DNA of 64,000 nucleotides from NCBI GenBank assembly GCA_000092065.1, contig CP000586.1; one strand, written 5' to 3'. A program made the translations under genes and the position numbers. Position 1 is the stretch's first letter. Each line of letters begins with the position of its first letter. The notes beneath the pieces were generated by a model, which was given only the letters and a program-made list of their open reading frames with translations, was not told the DNA's origin and ran no database searches. This document shows positions 16,429 to 27,087 of the stretch, piece by piece. Source of the stretch: Ostreococcus lucimarinus. Its lineage: Eukaryota.

Positions 16429-18969
16429 TCACCAGTTGAATTGTAACTCGTGCGTACCCTCGGTGGCGCCTAGATCGATCGAGAGCGCGCCGGTGCGCGG
16501 GTCGAAATCGGGCGAGACGGCTCGCCCGTCGACGTGGACGGATGTCGGCGCCCGCGAGGCGTAACACGCGAGCTCGCCGAGACCGTACGCGGTCACGTTT
16601 GCGGATCTTCCGTTCATGTCTATGCGTAATATGGATCCTCCACCGTTGTACATCGCGGTCAGACCTATGGCGGCGAATTTGATGTCGCCTTGCTCGAGGA
16701 GTTCGGCGATGGTGTAAATTTCCCAATCCTTGTGCATGAGCATGATGGACGTGCACTCCTTCAAGCGCAGGATTTCAATGCGCCGGTTGCGATGGGAACG
16801 GACCACAAACGATGCACCCTGCGTCGATCGATCGGCGATACCTTCAACGTCTCGTGGACACAGTTCCGCGAGCGTGGCGGAGATTGGTTTCGGCAGACTC
16901 GCGAACTGATTCGTGGCGCGCGACCACGAGGCGCCTTGAATGTTGAACACGCCGATCACTGAGTTCACAAAGTTGCGGTTCCACACCTTGAGCGCCGTTC
17001 GACCATCGCGAGTGACGTCTCTGAACAGGCAATCGCGGGTTGGACGACCCGCCTGGCGGCATCGAAGTACTCTACCGGATGGGAACACGAGCTGATGGAG
17101 AATCTCAAAGTCGTGCTTACCCGGATGATCGCTCACGTACACCGGACACCCACCGATCGCGCGCGTCGCGGCGTGTAATGCACCGGCTACGTGCTGACTC
17201 TGAAACATGTCCCAATCGGGCAACACAATCTCGCCCATGAAGATGGAGTTGTACACCACGTTGGCGATGTGCACCGTGTGGCTCGCTTCGTTCGCCGGGT
17301 AAAAGTCGTCGCTCGCTCTCGCCAACGCGCTCGACTTGAAGTTATAAATGTTCTCCGTGGAGTGACACATACAGTTGATGATGCCATTATCGGGGAAATG
17401 CGCCCGCACGGACTCTTCCAACGCCGCGTGCACGCGCCTGGCAAATGCGGGACCGCCGCCGTTTTTGTACCCCAACGCGCCGATGACGGCTTGCGCGTCC
17501 ACCTTGACGCCATCAACGTCCGACGCGGAGAGATAATCGTGCGTGACGACGTAAAAGTGCGCCAAAGTATCGGGACTAGGCACTCCGACCCCGCCCACGG
17601 TGAGCGGATCCCACGCCTGGGACGGTTCCACGGTCAACACTCCCGGCGTATGCTTGGGATACTTCATCACCGATCCGTACTTCGCTACGTTTTCCTCATC
17701 CGGATGAATACCACCCCAATACCCGAGCAACGCGTGCCAACAGTACACGTACTCCACCCCAAACTCGGTCTTGATCTTACGAACCACTTTAGCGAGCCCA
17801 TCCACGGACTCGGCTTCGGGAAGAAGGTCCAACTGCGACGGTCGCGCGCTCGCGCCTGCTAATTTTCTACGGAAAAATTTTGGCAGTACGCGCTGGGATA
17901 AAGTCCTCGACATCCCGCTACCGATGACGTGCAGCTTTTGAAACTTGTGATTCGCCTTGACGGCGTACACGCGATGATTAAAGTGACTCATGCTCGACAC
18001 CACCACCTTGACGGTGTGATAAAAGACGTAATTCATCAACAGCCTAAAAATGTGCCACGTGAGGGATCGAAAACGACTGGCGTGCAAGCGGCTCCAGTAA
18101 AACGACGCCGCCATCGCCGCCAACACGCCGGGCGGCGGCGAGGCCGACGTCGTCGGTGGAGGCACGACCACCGCGTTCGAGTCGGGAACCGTCTTATCCT
18201 TCTTGCTCACCTTGCGATAACTCTTATCCGGCAGCACGCTCTGCCAACCGTCGTCGATGATCACGAATCGCGCCGGCGCCCCACCGTCCCGCAGCGTCTG
18301 CACGCCTTGTTCGATCCCATCCGGCGTGACGTCGGTATAAAACGCATCCCACGTGCACCACCCGAACACGTCCACCGTCTCCGGCAACTTTTTATCCTCC
18401 AGCAACTCAAACGTTCCCAACATCGTCCGCGTCTCCGCCATCGCTCGTCGAATCGCCTCGTACGGCGATTTCGCGCACGCCATCACCATCACGTTATCCA
18501 CCTCGATCGCGTTCTCCTCCTCGCAGTTACTTTCAACGATCATCCACACCTCTCCCTTCGCGTTTCCCTCCAGCGTCGTTCGAAAGTGCGCCCCGCTCGT
18601 CGGCAGCGCGCACGCGTACCCCGCGCCGTCGCCCAGTTCCATGAGCGCGAACTGCGTCTCCGCTCGCACGTCCTCGCCTCCGTGTCCCCACGTCGGCGTC
18701 ATCCACCACAGTTTACACCGCGCGCTCGCCACGAACGCCGTCGCGCACATCTCTCCGCACAGCTTGACGCGGTGTCGCGACCGCGCGCGATCGGCGCGCA
18801 GGTGAAACGCGACGCAGTCGCCGAGTCCGTCGACTTCGTCGCGCGCGCGCGTCCCGCGACGCGCGCTCGCGCCCGCGCGCGCGCACGCGACGTGCGGGCC
18901 GAGCTCGCGGAACACGTCGACGTCGCCGTCGACGACCGCGACGGCGTCACCGCGGACGTCGACGCGCAT
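16429..18969 (-). CDS. Raffinose synthase / galactinol-sucrose galactosyltransferase family (GH36, seed-imbibition-protein-like).
   Basis: WWMTPTWG, FGWCTWDAFY, FVIIDDGWQ and IYNSIFMGEIVLPDWDMF are characteristic of raffinose synthases. The start is taken at ATG 18969-18967. The listed ORF continues to 19227 through Arg-rich sequence. Confidence 0.7.
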   Translation of the reverse strand: MRVDVRGDAVAVVDGDVDVFRELGPHVACARAGASARRGTRARDEVDGLGDCVAFHLRADRARSRHRVKLCGEMCATAFVASARCKLWWMTPTWGHGGEDVRAETQFALMELGDGAGYACALPTSGAHFRTTLEGNAKGEVWMIVESNCEEENAIEVDNVMVMACAKSPYEAIRRAMAETRTMLGTFELLEDKKLPETVDVFGWCTWDAFYTDVTPDGIEQGVQTLRDGGAPARFVIIDDGWQSVLPDKSYRKVSKKDKTVPDSNAVVVPPPTTSASPPPGVLAAMAASFYWSRLHASRFRSLTWHIFRLLMNYVFYHTVKVVVSSMSHFNHRVYAVKANHKFQKLHVIGSGMSRTLSQRVLPKFFRRKLAGASARPSQLDLLPEAESVDGLAKVVRKIKTEFGVEYVYCWHALLGYWGGIHPDEENVAKYGSVMKYPKHTPGVLTVEPSQAWDPLTVGGVGVPSPDTLAHFYVVTHDYLSASDVDGVKVDAQAVIGALGYKNGGGPAFARRVHAALEESVRAHFPDNGIINCMCHSTENIYNFKSSALARASDDFYPANEASHTVHIANVVYNSIFMGEIVLPDWDMFQSQHVAGALHAATRAIGGCPVYVSDHPGKHDFEILHQLVFPSGRVLRCRQAGRPTRDCLFRDVTRDGRTALKVWNRNFVNSVIGVFNIQGASWSRATNQFASLPKPISATLAELCPRDVEGIADRSTQGASFVVRSHRNRRIEILRLKECTSIMLMHKDWEIYTIAELLEQGDIKFAAIGLTAMYNGGGSILRIDMNGRSANVTAYGLGELACYASRAPTSVHVDGRAVSPDFDPRTGALSIDLGATEGTHELQFNW

Positions 18970-19225
18970 GGCGCGAGCGCGCGCGCGCGAGTGACGCGTC
19001 GTTCTCGGCGTCGGCGCGTCGCGCGAGTCCGCGATTCGGAACACCGCGACGACGGTCCGTCGGTCGCCGATCGACGCGCGCGCCCGCGTCGTCGCGCGCG
19101 CGTCGGCGGGCGCGCGACGACGCGCGGCGCGCGCGCGCGACGAAACGCGGCACGCGCGGACGCGACGACGCCGAGAACGACGCGCGACGACGCGCGACGA
19201 CGACGACGCGAAAAAACGCGACGAC

Positions 19226-19846
19226 ATGCTCGAGCGACTGCAGCGCGAGCTCGACGCGGCGGAGCGGCGGTTGGCGAGCGAACGGCGCGCGGAGGAGGCG
19301 AGCGCGGCGCGATTGGCCGAGACGACGCGAGACGTCGAGCGACGGCGGATCGAGCGCGACGACGCGAAGGCGGCGCGGGACGAGGCGATGGCGGCGCTGG
19401 CGGAAGCGCGCGAGGAGCTCGACGCGCTGGAACGGGCGAAACGCGCGGAGGACGAGGCGATGGTGGAGGTGATGAAGATGATGGACGAGCGACGCGCGCG
19501 CGACGACGACGCGCGACGCCGACGACTCGACGAGACGAGAGCGGCGATCGAGTTCGAGTTCGACGCGCGCGCGATGATGAGAGAGCATCGAACGTCGCTG
19601 GAACTTTCGGATGAGATCTACGAGCGCTCGAAGGGGCTCGAGGGCGTCGGGCCGTGGCGGGACTTTGATCTCGGCGACGTCCCGGACGATTTGGTCGAGA
19701 CGATCGCGCGCGTCGTCGACGCGCGACGAGAGAACGACGCCATTCGCGACGAGTTGCTCGCCAAGGGCGCCGACGCCAACTACGCCGCGTTTAGAGACGA
19801 GCTCGAGCGCATGCGCGCGAGCGATCGTCCGGGGTCTGACGTCTGA
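19226..19846 (+). CDS. Hypothetical Glu/Arg-rich coiled-coil protein.
   Basis: Heptad-like ERRLASERRAEE...ALERAKRAEDEAM periodicity is present. An antisense ORF of similar length exists, so this call is uncertain. Confidence 0.25.
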   Translation: MLERLQRELDAAERRLASERRAEEASAARLAETTRDVERRRIERDDAKAARDEAMAALAEAREELDALERAKRAEDEAMVEVMKMMDERRARDDDARRRRLDETRAAIEFEFDARAMMREHRTSLELSDEIYERSKGLEGVGPWRDFDLGDVPDDLVETIARVVDARRENDAIRDELLAKGADANYAAFRDELERMRASDRPGSDV

Positions 19847-19949
19847 GACGATTCTTTGTAAACTCGGCGCCGGTGCCCGCATCGCTCGCGCTCGGCGCCT
19901 CGATCGCCCCATTCCGTCGCGCCGTTCCGTCGCGCGCGCGCGCGCGGAC

Positions 19950-20546
19950 ATGGACGTCCACTTCGTCTACGTTTTAGAGTGCGAGCACGACGCGTACTAC
20001 GTCGGCGTCGCGAGATCCGTCGCCGAGCATCGCGCCGGCGTCGGATCGACGTGGACCCGAATCCATCCACCGCGTCGCGTCGCGCGCGAAATCGCGTTCG
20101 CGTCGCGCGCGAGCGCGCTGGAGGGCGAGGACGTCGAGCTGAAACGGATGATGCTGCGCCACGGCGTCGATGCGGTCCGCGGCGGGAGTTACGTGTGCCC
20201 GAATCTGACTCGGGAGCAACGCGCGGCGTTGGACGGCGAAATCGCGCATCGCGAGGGGCGGTGCCTGCGATGCGGGAGACGAACGCACGTCGCGAGGGAT
20301 TGTTTCGCGCGCGCGCACGTGAATGGGTACGCGCTGAGCGCGCCGGAGGGATCGAGATCGCCGAATAGAGATGGACGATCGGCGGTGCGCAGGTGCGCGC
20401 GGTGCGGACGGGCGAGTCACTCGGCGCCGTCGTGTTTCGCGAAGTTTGACATCGACGGAGAACGCCTTTTTTGGGGCGAGCGGCGATCGAACGCGGAGTC
20501 GTCGTCGTCGGAGTACGAGAGCGCGGAAGAGACGTTCATGATGTAG
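19950..20546 (+). CDS. GIY-YIG nuclease-domain protein with two C-terminal CCHC zinc knuckles.
   Basis: The protein starts MDVHFVYVLECEHDAYYVGVARSVAEHRAG...TWTRIHPP, which is GIY-YIG of SLX1/URI type. Two knuckles follow: CLRCGRRTHVARDC and CARCGRASHSAPSC. ATG verified at 19950. Confidence 0.6.
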   Translation: MDVHFVYVLECEHDAYYVGVARSVAEHRAGVGSTWTRIHPPRRVAREIAFASRASALEGEDVELKRMMLRHGVDAVRGGSYVCPNLTREQRAALDGEIAHREGRCLRCGRRTHVARDCFARAHVNGYALSAPEGSRSPNRDGRSAVRRCARCGRASHSAPSCFAKFDIDGERLFWGERRSNAESSSSEYESAEETFMM

Positions 20547-20734
20547 TGGCGGTAGTGGTAGCGCGTAGAAGTAGGTATCTCTAGGTTGTGTTATTATTAA
20601 ATCAAAAACAATCAAAGAATCTAAAAGAATATCTGTTCGCGCCGCGCAAACCGCGCGGCGGGAACGGTTTGTATCGTTGTACAAAGGGAAAATCTTGGAA
20701 AATGGTTAAGATAGACCGATGCGTGACGCGCAAG

Positions 20735-21999
20735 TCAATCGCGCGCGTCCAGCTTGTAATCATCGGATCCGTCGGATCCGTCCGATCCATCGGCTTCGTG
20801 CTTCACGCCGGCGTCCGATCTGGCGCCGCCGTGCGTCTGCGTCGACGTCGGGTGGGCGTTGTTGGTCATGAAACCGCTCATACCCACCATCGGTGGGGCA
20901 TTTTGAGCGCCCATGTATCCCATCGCCGCTGCCTGCATGATCGACGCAAAATACGGACCAAACTGTTCGGGCGTGCCGTACGGCATCGCGTACGGGCCTG
21001 GATTCGCGAGCTTGGCCGTCGGAATCTGTCTGCCTCCTAAAGACGAAAACGCGCTCTTCTTAGCGTCGTTCGCCTCAGCTAAATCTTTACTAGCTGCTAA
21101 ACTGTCTCCGCCAGCACCCTTAGAATCATCAACCGGGCTATCTTTACCCTTCGTCCTCTTGCTATTGACCGCGGGCGCGCTCGGCTCGGCGGCGCCATCC
21201 GTGGATGTCGCCGCGCTCATGGCGTTTGCGTTTTGTCGCCACATGTTGGTCAAAAAGTTGATGTAGTTAATGAACTGCTGGGGATTACTCATTTGAGGAG
21301 GATTCTGCGCTCCAGCTGCGGGGTTCGACATGCCCACGTACGGATTCATCATGTGCTGAACCGGAAACAATCCCGGCTGCGCAAACATGCCGGCGCCCGG
21401 AGGTACGCCAAAGTAACCCGCGCGCAAATCGTGCTGCAAGCTCGTTTGCATTTTATCTGAAGCCACGGATAACACAGCCGCGACCGCCGCAGAGGAGGAT
21501 GCGTTAGCGATGTGTTCGGCTTGAGTCGCCGACCCCATCATATTTTGCGCCGTCCCAGTGCTCTTCCCCTCTCCGCTTCCGCCGCTCGGTTGCTGGCTCG
21601 TCGCCTTCTTCGGGTACGGGTGGTCGGGCTTCTTCTTCGGACGCGCCGGCGGGATCTTCAGGTTCAAATCCGGCGAAACGCTCCTTCTACTCTTCTTACT
21701 TCCAGAAGTCGAACCACGGGCACCGCGCCGTTTGCTCGAGTCGCCTTGCGACCCCGCCGGGGCGTCGCTTCCGCTCGCCGAACCTCGCGCGGCTTGTTCT
21801 TTTTGCAACTTGGAAAAAAACTTTTGCGCGTGCGACCGAATCTGGACCGCCGTCTTCGTCCCGATGTGTTCCTCAATCTTCCTCCACGCCCTCCCGTACT
21901 TTTTCAACGATTCAACGAACAACGCGTGCTCCTCATCGCTCCACTTTTCCCGTTTCTTCGTAATCGTATACGGCTTGCGCACCTTCACCGGCGCGCCCT

Positions 22000-22038
<39 letters not shown>

Positions 22039-22150
22039 GGTAGCTCATCGCCGTCTGCGCCTCACCCCGCTTTCTTCCATCGTGCTGCGCGCTCTCATCG
22101 TTCCCCGCGTCACCACCATCACCCGTCGTCTTCGACCCCGACCCGCTCAT
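20735..22150 (-). CDS. CCA1-like: CCA1/LHY/RVE-like single-MYB (SHAQKYF class) transcription factor. It is a circadian-clock candidate.
   Basis: KVRKPYTITKKREKWSDEEHALFVESLKKYGRAWRKIEEHIGTKTAVQIRSHAQKFFSKL is the MYB domain. ATG taken at 22150-22148. A T12 tract precedes the MYB domain. Confidence 0.7.
22001..22037. repeat. (CGT)12 microsatellite. It codes T12 in the CCA1-like protein.
   Basis: Perfect trinucleotide run read directly. Confidence 0.9.
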
Positions 22151-22644
22151 CGCGCGCGCGTCGCGTCGGTCCCCCGTGCCCTGCCTCGGAATCGCCCCGC
22201 GGACAATCACCCCCCGCGCGTTCGCGCGCGACCGTCGCACCCTACCGATGACGCGACGATCGCGACGCGCGTAAACTCAACCGAACCCTCGCACGCGCTT
22301 CTTCGCGCGAATCGCGTCGCCGCGTCCCTCGCGCGCGCGCGTCGACGCCCCGACGAATCACCCCGTCGCGCGTCGCGCGAATCGAATCGCGCGTCGCGCG
22401 CGCTCGCCCGCGCGTCGCGTCGCCTCGCCCGCGCGCGCGTATCGACGCGCGTAAATCAACGCGCGCGCGTCCCGCGCGCGCTCGCCGAGCCTCGCGTCGC
22501 CGCGCGCGTCGCGTCGTCGCGTCTTTCGCCGCCGCGCGCGCGCTTTTTCGCGTCGAAAAAGCGACGCGCGTCGACGACCCTAAACCGTCGCCGCTTTTTC
22601 GTGCTTTTTCGCTTTTTCTCGTGTTCAACGCGTTTTAACCCCAT

Positions 22645-23826
22645 ATGCGCGTCCGCACGCGCGCGCGAGATCTCGAAGATCTCGAGATCTCGCGCCCGCG
22701 CGCTTTTGATGGCTTTCGAACGCGCCTTAAAGCGACCCGCCGACGCGAGATCGCGGAAATATCTTTAGGGATATTTTGGATGTGTGTCCGTTTGTCCGAA
22801 GATCTCCACACGCACACAGAGCGGATGCGTTTTCTTCGCCGCATCGCGCGCCGCGCCATGTGGACGTGCCTCGACGCGTCGTGGTCGACGCGCGCGGGCG
22901 ACGCGGGCGCGGGCGCGGGCGACGCGACGACGCGCGATGCGGTCGGCGACGGCGCGGGCGCGGCGCGCGCGGCGGTGCGAAGCGTCGGGGCGATGATTCC
23001 TCGGGACGTGCTCGAACGGTGCGCGACGTTCGGCGCGCGAGGCGCGGCGAGCGGCGACGCGAGCGACGCTCGCGCGCGGCGCGCGGTGCGTCGAGTCGTG
23101 CGCGCGCTGGGGCAGGGGAGCGACGCGAAGGCGCGCGCGGTGGTGGCGGCGATGGCGGACGCGGCGAACGAGTGCGCGGCGAAGACGGTGCTGCCGAGAC
23201 GGGCGGACGAGGTGATCGAGACGTTGCGCGCGGTGGCGAGGTGCGGGGACGATTTCTCGCGAGCGATGGTGCCAGGGTCGGGGTGCGCGCTGTTGGACGC
23301 GATGGATGGGGGGAAAGCGCTGATGACGGCGAGGCGAAACGCGGACGTCGCGACGGCGTATTTCGAGGCGTTGGCGAGCGCTTTAGGGGTCGAGAACGAA
23401 CGCGCGATGGGGTTGTTTCGCGCGCTGGCGACGGTGAACGTGTTTGAGCACGACGATCGGCCGACTGTGTTCGGCGTGATGGATGTTTTTCAAGGGTTGG
23501 CGTGCTCGGCGTCGGCGCAGTCCGCCGTCGCCGTGGCGGCGGCGTTGGAGAAGAGCGGCGCTTTAGGCGATTTCATCGCTCGGGCGTTCGTCACCATGGC
23601 CGCGCGCGAGGACGACGCGGACGCCATCGATGTGGCGATGTCGAGACGATTCTTCGCGTTCGTGATTTTCGTGTTACGCGCGAGGAGTGAACGATTTCAA
23701 GCGCTCGCGTTCGCCGGCGTGGAAAGCGCGGCGACGCCCGTCGTCGCGCGATTGTGTCTGTCTCGCGCGGGATCGGAGCCCAACGCCGCGGCGCTGTACC
23801 AAGAGATCAAGCGTCGCGAAAGGTAG
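22645..23826 (+). CDS. Hypothetical protein. The start is uncertain and the N-terminus lies in a CG-rich tract.
   Basis: The ORF is long with protein-like composition after about 22850. No family recognised. Confidence 0.25.
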   Translation: MRVRTRARDLEDLEISRPRAFDGFRTRLKATRRREIAEISLGIFWMCVRLSEDLHTHTERMRFLRRIARRAMWTCLDASWSTRAGDAGAGAGDATTRDAVGDGAGAARAAVRSVGAMIPRDVLERCATFGARGAASGDASDARARRAVRRVVRALGQGSDAKARAVVAAMADAANECAAKTVLPRRADEVIETLRAVARCGDDFSRAMVPGSGCALLDAMDGGKALMTARRNADVATAYFEALASALGVENERAMGLFRALATVNVFEHDDRPTVFGVMDVFQGLACSASAQSAVAVAAALEKSGALGDFIARAFVTMAAREDDADAIDVAMSRRFFAFVIFVLRARSERFQALAFAGVESAATPVVARLCLSRAGSEPNAAALYQEIKRRER

Positions 23827-23874
23827 AGTAACGATAGACTTAGGAACCATAGGTAGTTATTATTTATTGAGACA

Positions 23875-25143
23875 TCAGATACAGTTGAACTCGTCCGCGG
23901 CTAACGACACGTTCGTGTCTCTTCCAAAAATAGCGAGCGTTGCTTCCACCGATCCGTCGTCGTTTCTGGCGACTATGTGACCTTTAAACCCTTTAAACGG
24001 ACCAGTGTGCACTTCCACGCGATCGACCGAACCCGACGCTTCCTCGCGCGACGCCACCGGACGCATGTCCCCGGCGTCGGCTTCGTCGGCTTCGTCGCCG
24101 CGCTCGGCGCGCATGACCTCCTTCGCCTGCTCTCTGGCCTTTTCCGCCTCGATGTCCGCCTCGGTTTTCACCACCGGCAGACACCTTTCGATCATGCGTG
24201 GAATTTGATCGTCCATCGTCAACGGCGTGTTCAGCTTTTCGTACTTCTTCTTGCCGAACCTCGAGCTTCCCCCCGTGGCGAACCCTCGAACCGATCGCAA
24301 ATCGTCAAAGGCGTCCATGAGCTCTTGCGTCAGCGCACATCGCACCAAGACGTACCCCGGCTGAAGCATTTCAATCATGTCCTCTTCCTCGACCATTTGA
24401 CACAACTCCAGCTCGCTCTTCCCCACCGCATCCTCCTCGGCGACGTAGAAACCGTCCGCCGGCACGCGCGGCACCCACGCGACGACTTCGCCTTGCCCTC
24501 GCGTCAGTTTCGTCCCATTCAGCGCCAAAATCGCCGCCTTGGCCTGATTCTCCCGCGTTTCGGGCACCTCTAACATGTACCATCCCTCCCCCGTCGCCGC
24601 TTCCGACATCGCGCGCTGCACCAGGAATTCTCTCTGCACCACGCTCGCGCCCGCCTCCTTCATCGCCTCCACCTCGCGCGTCGTCGCCGCGATGCTCATC
24701 CCCAGGTGTCTCTTCGCCTCCGTCGCTCGCATCGCTCGCGGCACCCCGCCTCGTTTTTCTCTCCTCGCCGCGCGCCGTTCCTCGAGCGCGCGCGCGTTCG
24801 CTTCCTCCGCTTCTCGTTCCGCGCGCGCGTCTCGCTCGAACGCCTCGCGCGGCGACGCCCCCGCGTCCTCCTCCGCCCACGCCCTCTTCACCCGCGCCGC
24901 GAGCTCCGCCTTCTTCCCGCGCACCGGCAGTTCGAGCGCGCGCAGGATTTCCTTCAGTTCCGTCGCCTTGAGCGCGTCCAGGTCCGGGCGCGCGTCGTCG
25001 ACGGCGCGCGCGACGACGCGGACGCGACGCACCGGCGGCGGCGGCGTTCGCGCGACGTCCGCGCGCACCATCGCGCGCGGCGTCGCGGCGCGTCGCGACG
25101 CGACGCGAGGCGGCGCCATCGCGGTCGTCATCGCGGTCGTCAT
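23875..25143 (-). CDS. NusG-like transcription factor (NGN + KOW) with an N-terminal SAP domain. It resembles plastid pTAC13-type proteins.
   Basis: The SAP domain reads LKATELKEILRALELPVRGKKAELAARVKRA. The NGN-like region is GEGWYMLEV...AKAAILALNG...VVAWVP. The C-terminal KOW is GPFKGFKGHIVARNDDGSVEATLAIFGRDTNVSL. ATG at 25143-25141. The listed ORF starts at a GTG at 25209. Confidence 0.55.
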   Translation of the reverse strand: MTTAMTTAMAPPRVASRRAATPRAMVRADVARTPPPPVRRVRVVARAVDDARPDLDALKATELKEILRALELPVRGKKAELAARVKRAWAEEDAGASPREAFERDARAEREAEEANARALEERRAARREKRGGVPRAMRATEAKRHLGMSIAATTREVEAMKEAGASVVQREFLVQRAMSEAATGEGWYMLEVPETRENQAKAAILALNGTKLTRGQGEVVAWVPRVPADGFYVAEEDAVGKSELELCQMVEEEDMIEMLQPGYVLVRCALTQELMDAFDDLRSVRGFATGGSSRFGKKKYEKLNTPLTMDDQIPRMIERCLPVVKTEADIEAEKAREQAKEVMRAERGDEADEADAGDMRPVASREEASGSVDRVEVHTGPFKGFKGHIVARNDDGSVEATLAIFGRDTNVSLAADEFNCI

Positions 25144-25153
25144 CGCGCGCGCC

Positions 25154-25180
25154 GTCGTCGTCGTCGTCGTCGTCGTCGTC
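25154..25180. repeat. (GTC)9 microsatellite at the NusG-like 5' end.
   Basis: Read directly from sequence. Confidence 0.85.
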
Positions 25181-25220
25181 TCGATGTGACGCCGTGCGCC
25201 GCGTCGCACACGCCGCCGCC

Positions 25221-27029
25221 ATGGCGCGCGCGAACGCGCGCGCGCGGCGCGCGGACGACGACGACGATAAGTACGTCAAGGCATCGTCCGCGCGCGGCGT
25301 CGCCGCGGCGTCGACGCGCGCGCCCGCGTTCGCGAGTCCGCCGACGCACCGACCGTCGGCGAAGATGTTCGACGACGACGACGTCGCCCCGCGGAGCGTG
25401 AGCGCGCGCGCGACGCCCGCGCGCGACGACGGCGACGATGGCGATCGACGCGACGCGAGCGCGCGGCCGGCGCGGTTGAATTTCGACGACGAGGGCGTGC
25501 GAGGGGCGCTGGATAGACTGGCGTTTTCAAACTCGGTGGCGCAGGTGACGGACGCGTTCAGCGAGGTGCTGAACGACGCGAGCGATGAGGTGAACACGTA
25601 CGCGAGCAAAGCGGCGGAGACGCTGGCGAGATTTCAAGCGGCGCAGTTCGCGATGCAGTTCAATCCGATCGAAAGTGGGCTGAGCATGAAGCCGACGTAC
25701 GTGAAGGTGCCGGCGCAGACGGTGGAGGAATTGAAATTTTGGGAAAACGAAGATTTGCGGGCGTTGAAGATGAAACATTTAGAGGAGAAGCAACAGATCT
25801 TGGCGGAGAACGCGGGAATGCGAGCGTTGCTCGGGGATGAGGATTTTAGCGAGGCGATACAGGGGCTTCGTGAGACTGAGGACGGGGTGAATCGAGCGTT
25901 GTTGCTCGCGGCGGTGGAAGAGATTACGAATTTAAAGACGCGCGTGTCCGTCTTAGAGACGGAGGCGGCGAAGCAAAAGGTGAGCTCGAGTGGGTACGGT
26001 GGTATCACGTCCATGCTCGGCGGCGGCGGGTCCGGGGTGGACGCGGCACAGATGCAAAAATTGACGAGGGAGTTGGCGCGATTGGAAGAAAACAATTCGC
26101 GCATGACGTGGATGCTCGGCGAGAAGGAAAAGCAAATCAAAGAGGTTCGCGCGAAGTACACCGAAAGCGCCGCGTACGCGTTGCAGGAGAAACTGCAAGA
26201 GTGCATGGAAGTGCTCGAGGTGGCGTCGAATCTTCAAGGCGAACAATTGCAGTATCTGGAACAGCACGCGCTCTCCAAGCTCGAACTTTTGGACGACCAA
26301 ATCGCAGACATCCAAGTCCTGGCCGAGTCGAAGACCGAGCACCTGGCGCAGCTCCGAACGATCATGAAGCGATTCTTCATCGACGGAGACGAAGGGTCGG
26401 TGGACGTGCTCACATCCTTGACCGGCTTCCCCGCAGACGAAGGAAGGAAGCTCGTGCAGGCGCGACAATCCAGAAGCTTGACGGGCTTTCTCACGATGAT
26501 TGGCACCAAACTCACGCCCGCGGTGAACGCGGGCGTGAGCGCTGTGAACGCCGCGTCATCGATGATCGTCGCATGCGCGCCGCCGACTTCGAGCGCGACG
26601 AGTTCGGACGACGCCCTGAAAACGCTCGGCGTCGAAGACGACGACGAGAGCGCCGAGCAACCGACGACGCCGCCGGCGCCCGAGGAGACCTCCGCGCCGG
26701 AGAAAGACGCCCCGAAAGAGCGAGCGCCGGCACCGGCGCCGCCGACGAATGAAGTCACCGCCATCGCGCCGAAAGTCGAACCCGAACGACGCCGCCCGTC
26801 GCGCGCGGCGAAAAAGAAATCAACCGGTTTCGCCGGCTTTGACGATCCGGCGCTCGAAGCCAAGGCGCAAGCGGAGCGCGCGAAATCCCGCCAACCACTC
26901 CCCCAACCCAAACTCACCAAAGCCGCGGCGCGCGAGCGAGCGAAGCGCGCGCACCCCCCCCAAGACGCCCCCGGGGAGGGTTTCGCCGGTTTCGGCGACG
27001 ACCCGGACGCGTCGTCGGACGACGATTAG
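25221..27029 (+). CDS. GRIP-domain coiled-coil golgin-like protein.
   Basis: A long coiled coil is followed by a GRIP-like EHLAQLRTIMKRFFIDGDEGSVDVLTSLTGFPADEGRKLVQAR segment (compare golgin-97 FEYLRKVLFEYMMG...VLKFPDDQ). The C-terminal tail is acidic/Pro-rich. Confidence 0.5.
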   Translation: MARANARARRADDDDDKYVKASSARGVAAASTRAPAFASPPTHRPSAKMFDDDDVAPRSVSARATPARDDGDDGDRRDASARPARLNFDDEGVRGALDRLAFSNSVAQVTDAFSEVLNDASDEVNTYASKAAETLARFQAAQFAMQFNPIESGLSMKPTYVKVPAQTVEELKFWENEDLRALKMKHLEEKQQILAENAGMRALLGDEDFSEAIQGLRETEDGVNRALLLAAVEEITNLKTRVSVLETEAAKQKVSSSGYGGITSMLGGGGSGVDAAQMQKLTRELARLEENNSRMTWMLGEKEKQIKEVRAKYTESAAYALQEKLQECMEVLEVASNLQGEQLQYLEQHALSKLELLDDQIADIQVLAESKTEHLAQLRTIMKRFFIDGDEGSVDVLTSLTGFPADEGRKLVQARQSRSLTGFLTMIGTKLTPAVNAGVSAVNAASSMIVACAPPTSSATSSDDALKTLGVEDDDESAEQPTTPPAPEETSAPEKDAPKERAPAPAPPTNEVTAIAPKVEPERRRPSRAAKKKSTGFAGFDDPALEAKAQAERAKSRQPLPQPKLTKAAARERAKRAHPPQDAPGEGFAGFGDDPDASSDDD

Positions 27030-27087
27030 CTCAACGCGTAACGTTTGACATTAAATTAAAAATCGCGTCGACGTCCCGCCCGTCCCA

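Noticed and set aside
18947-19951. Minus-strand 334-aa ORF overlapping the 19226..19846 coiled-coil ORF.
   Set aside because: It has extreme Arg content (RRRARR...) and no heptad structure. The plus-strand reading is more protein-like, and even that is low confidence.
19950-20546. GIY-YIG + zinc-knuckle ORF as a Penelope-like retroelement fragment.
   Set aside because: No reverse transcriptase, flanking repeats or target duplications are visible. It was kept as a host gene with a note.
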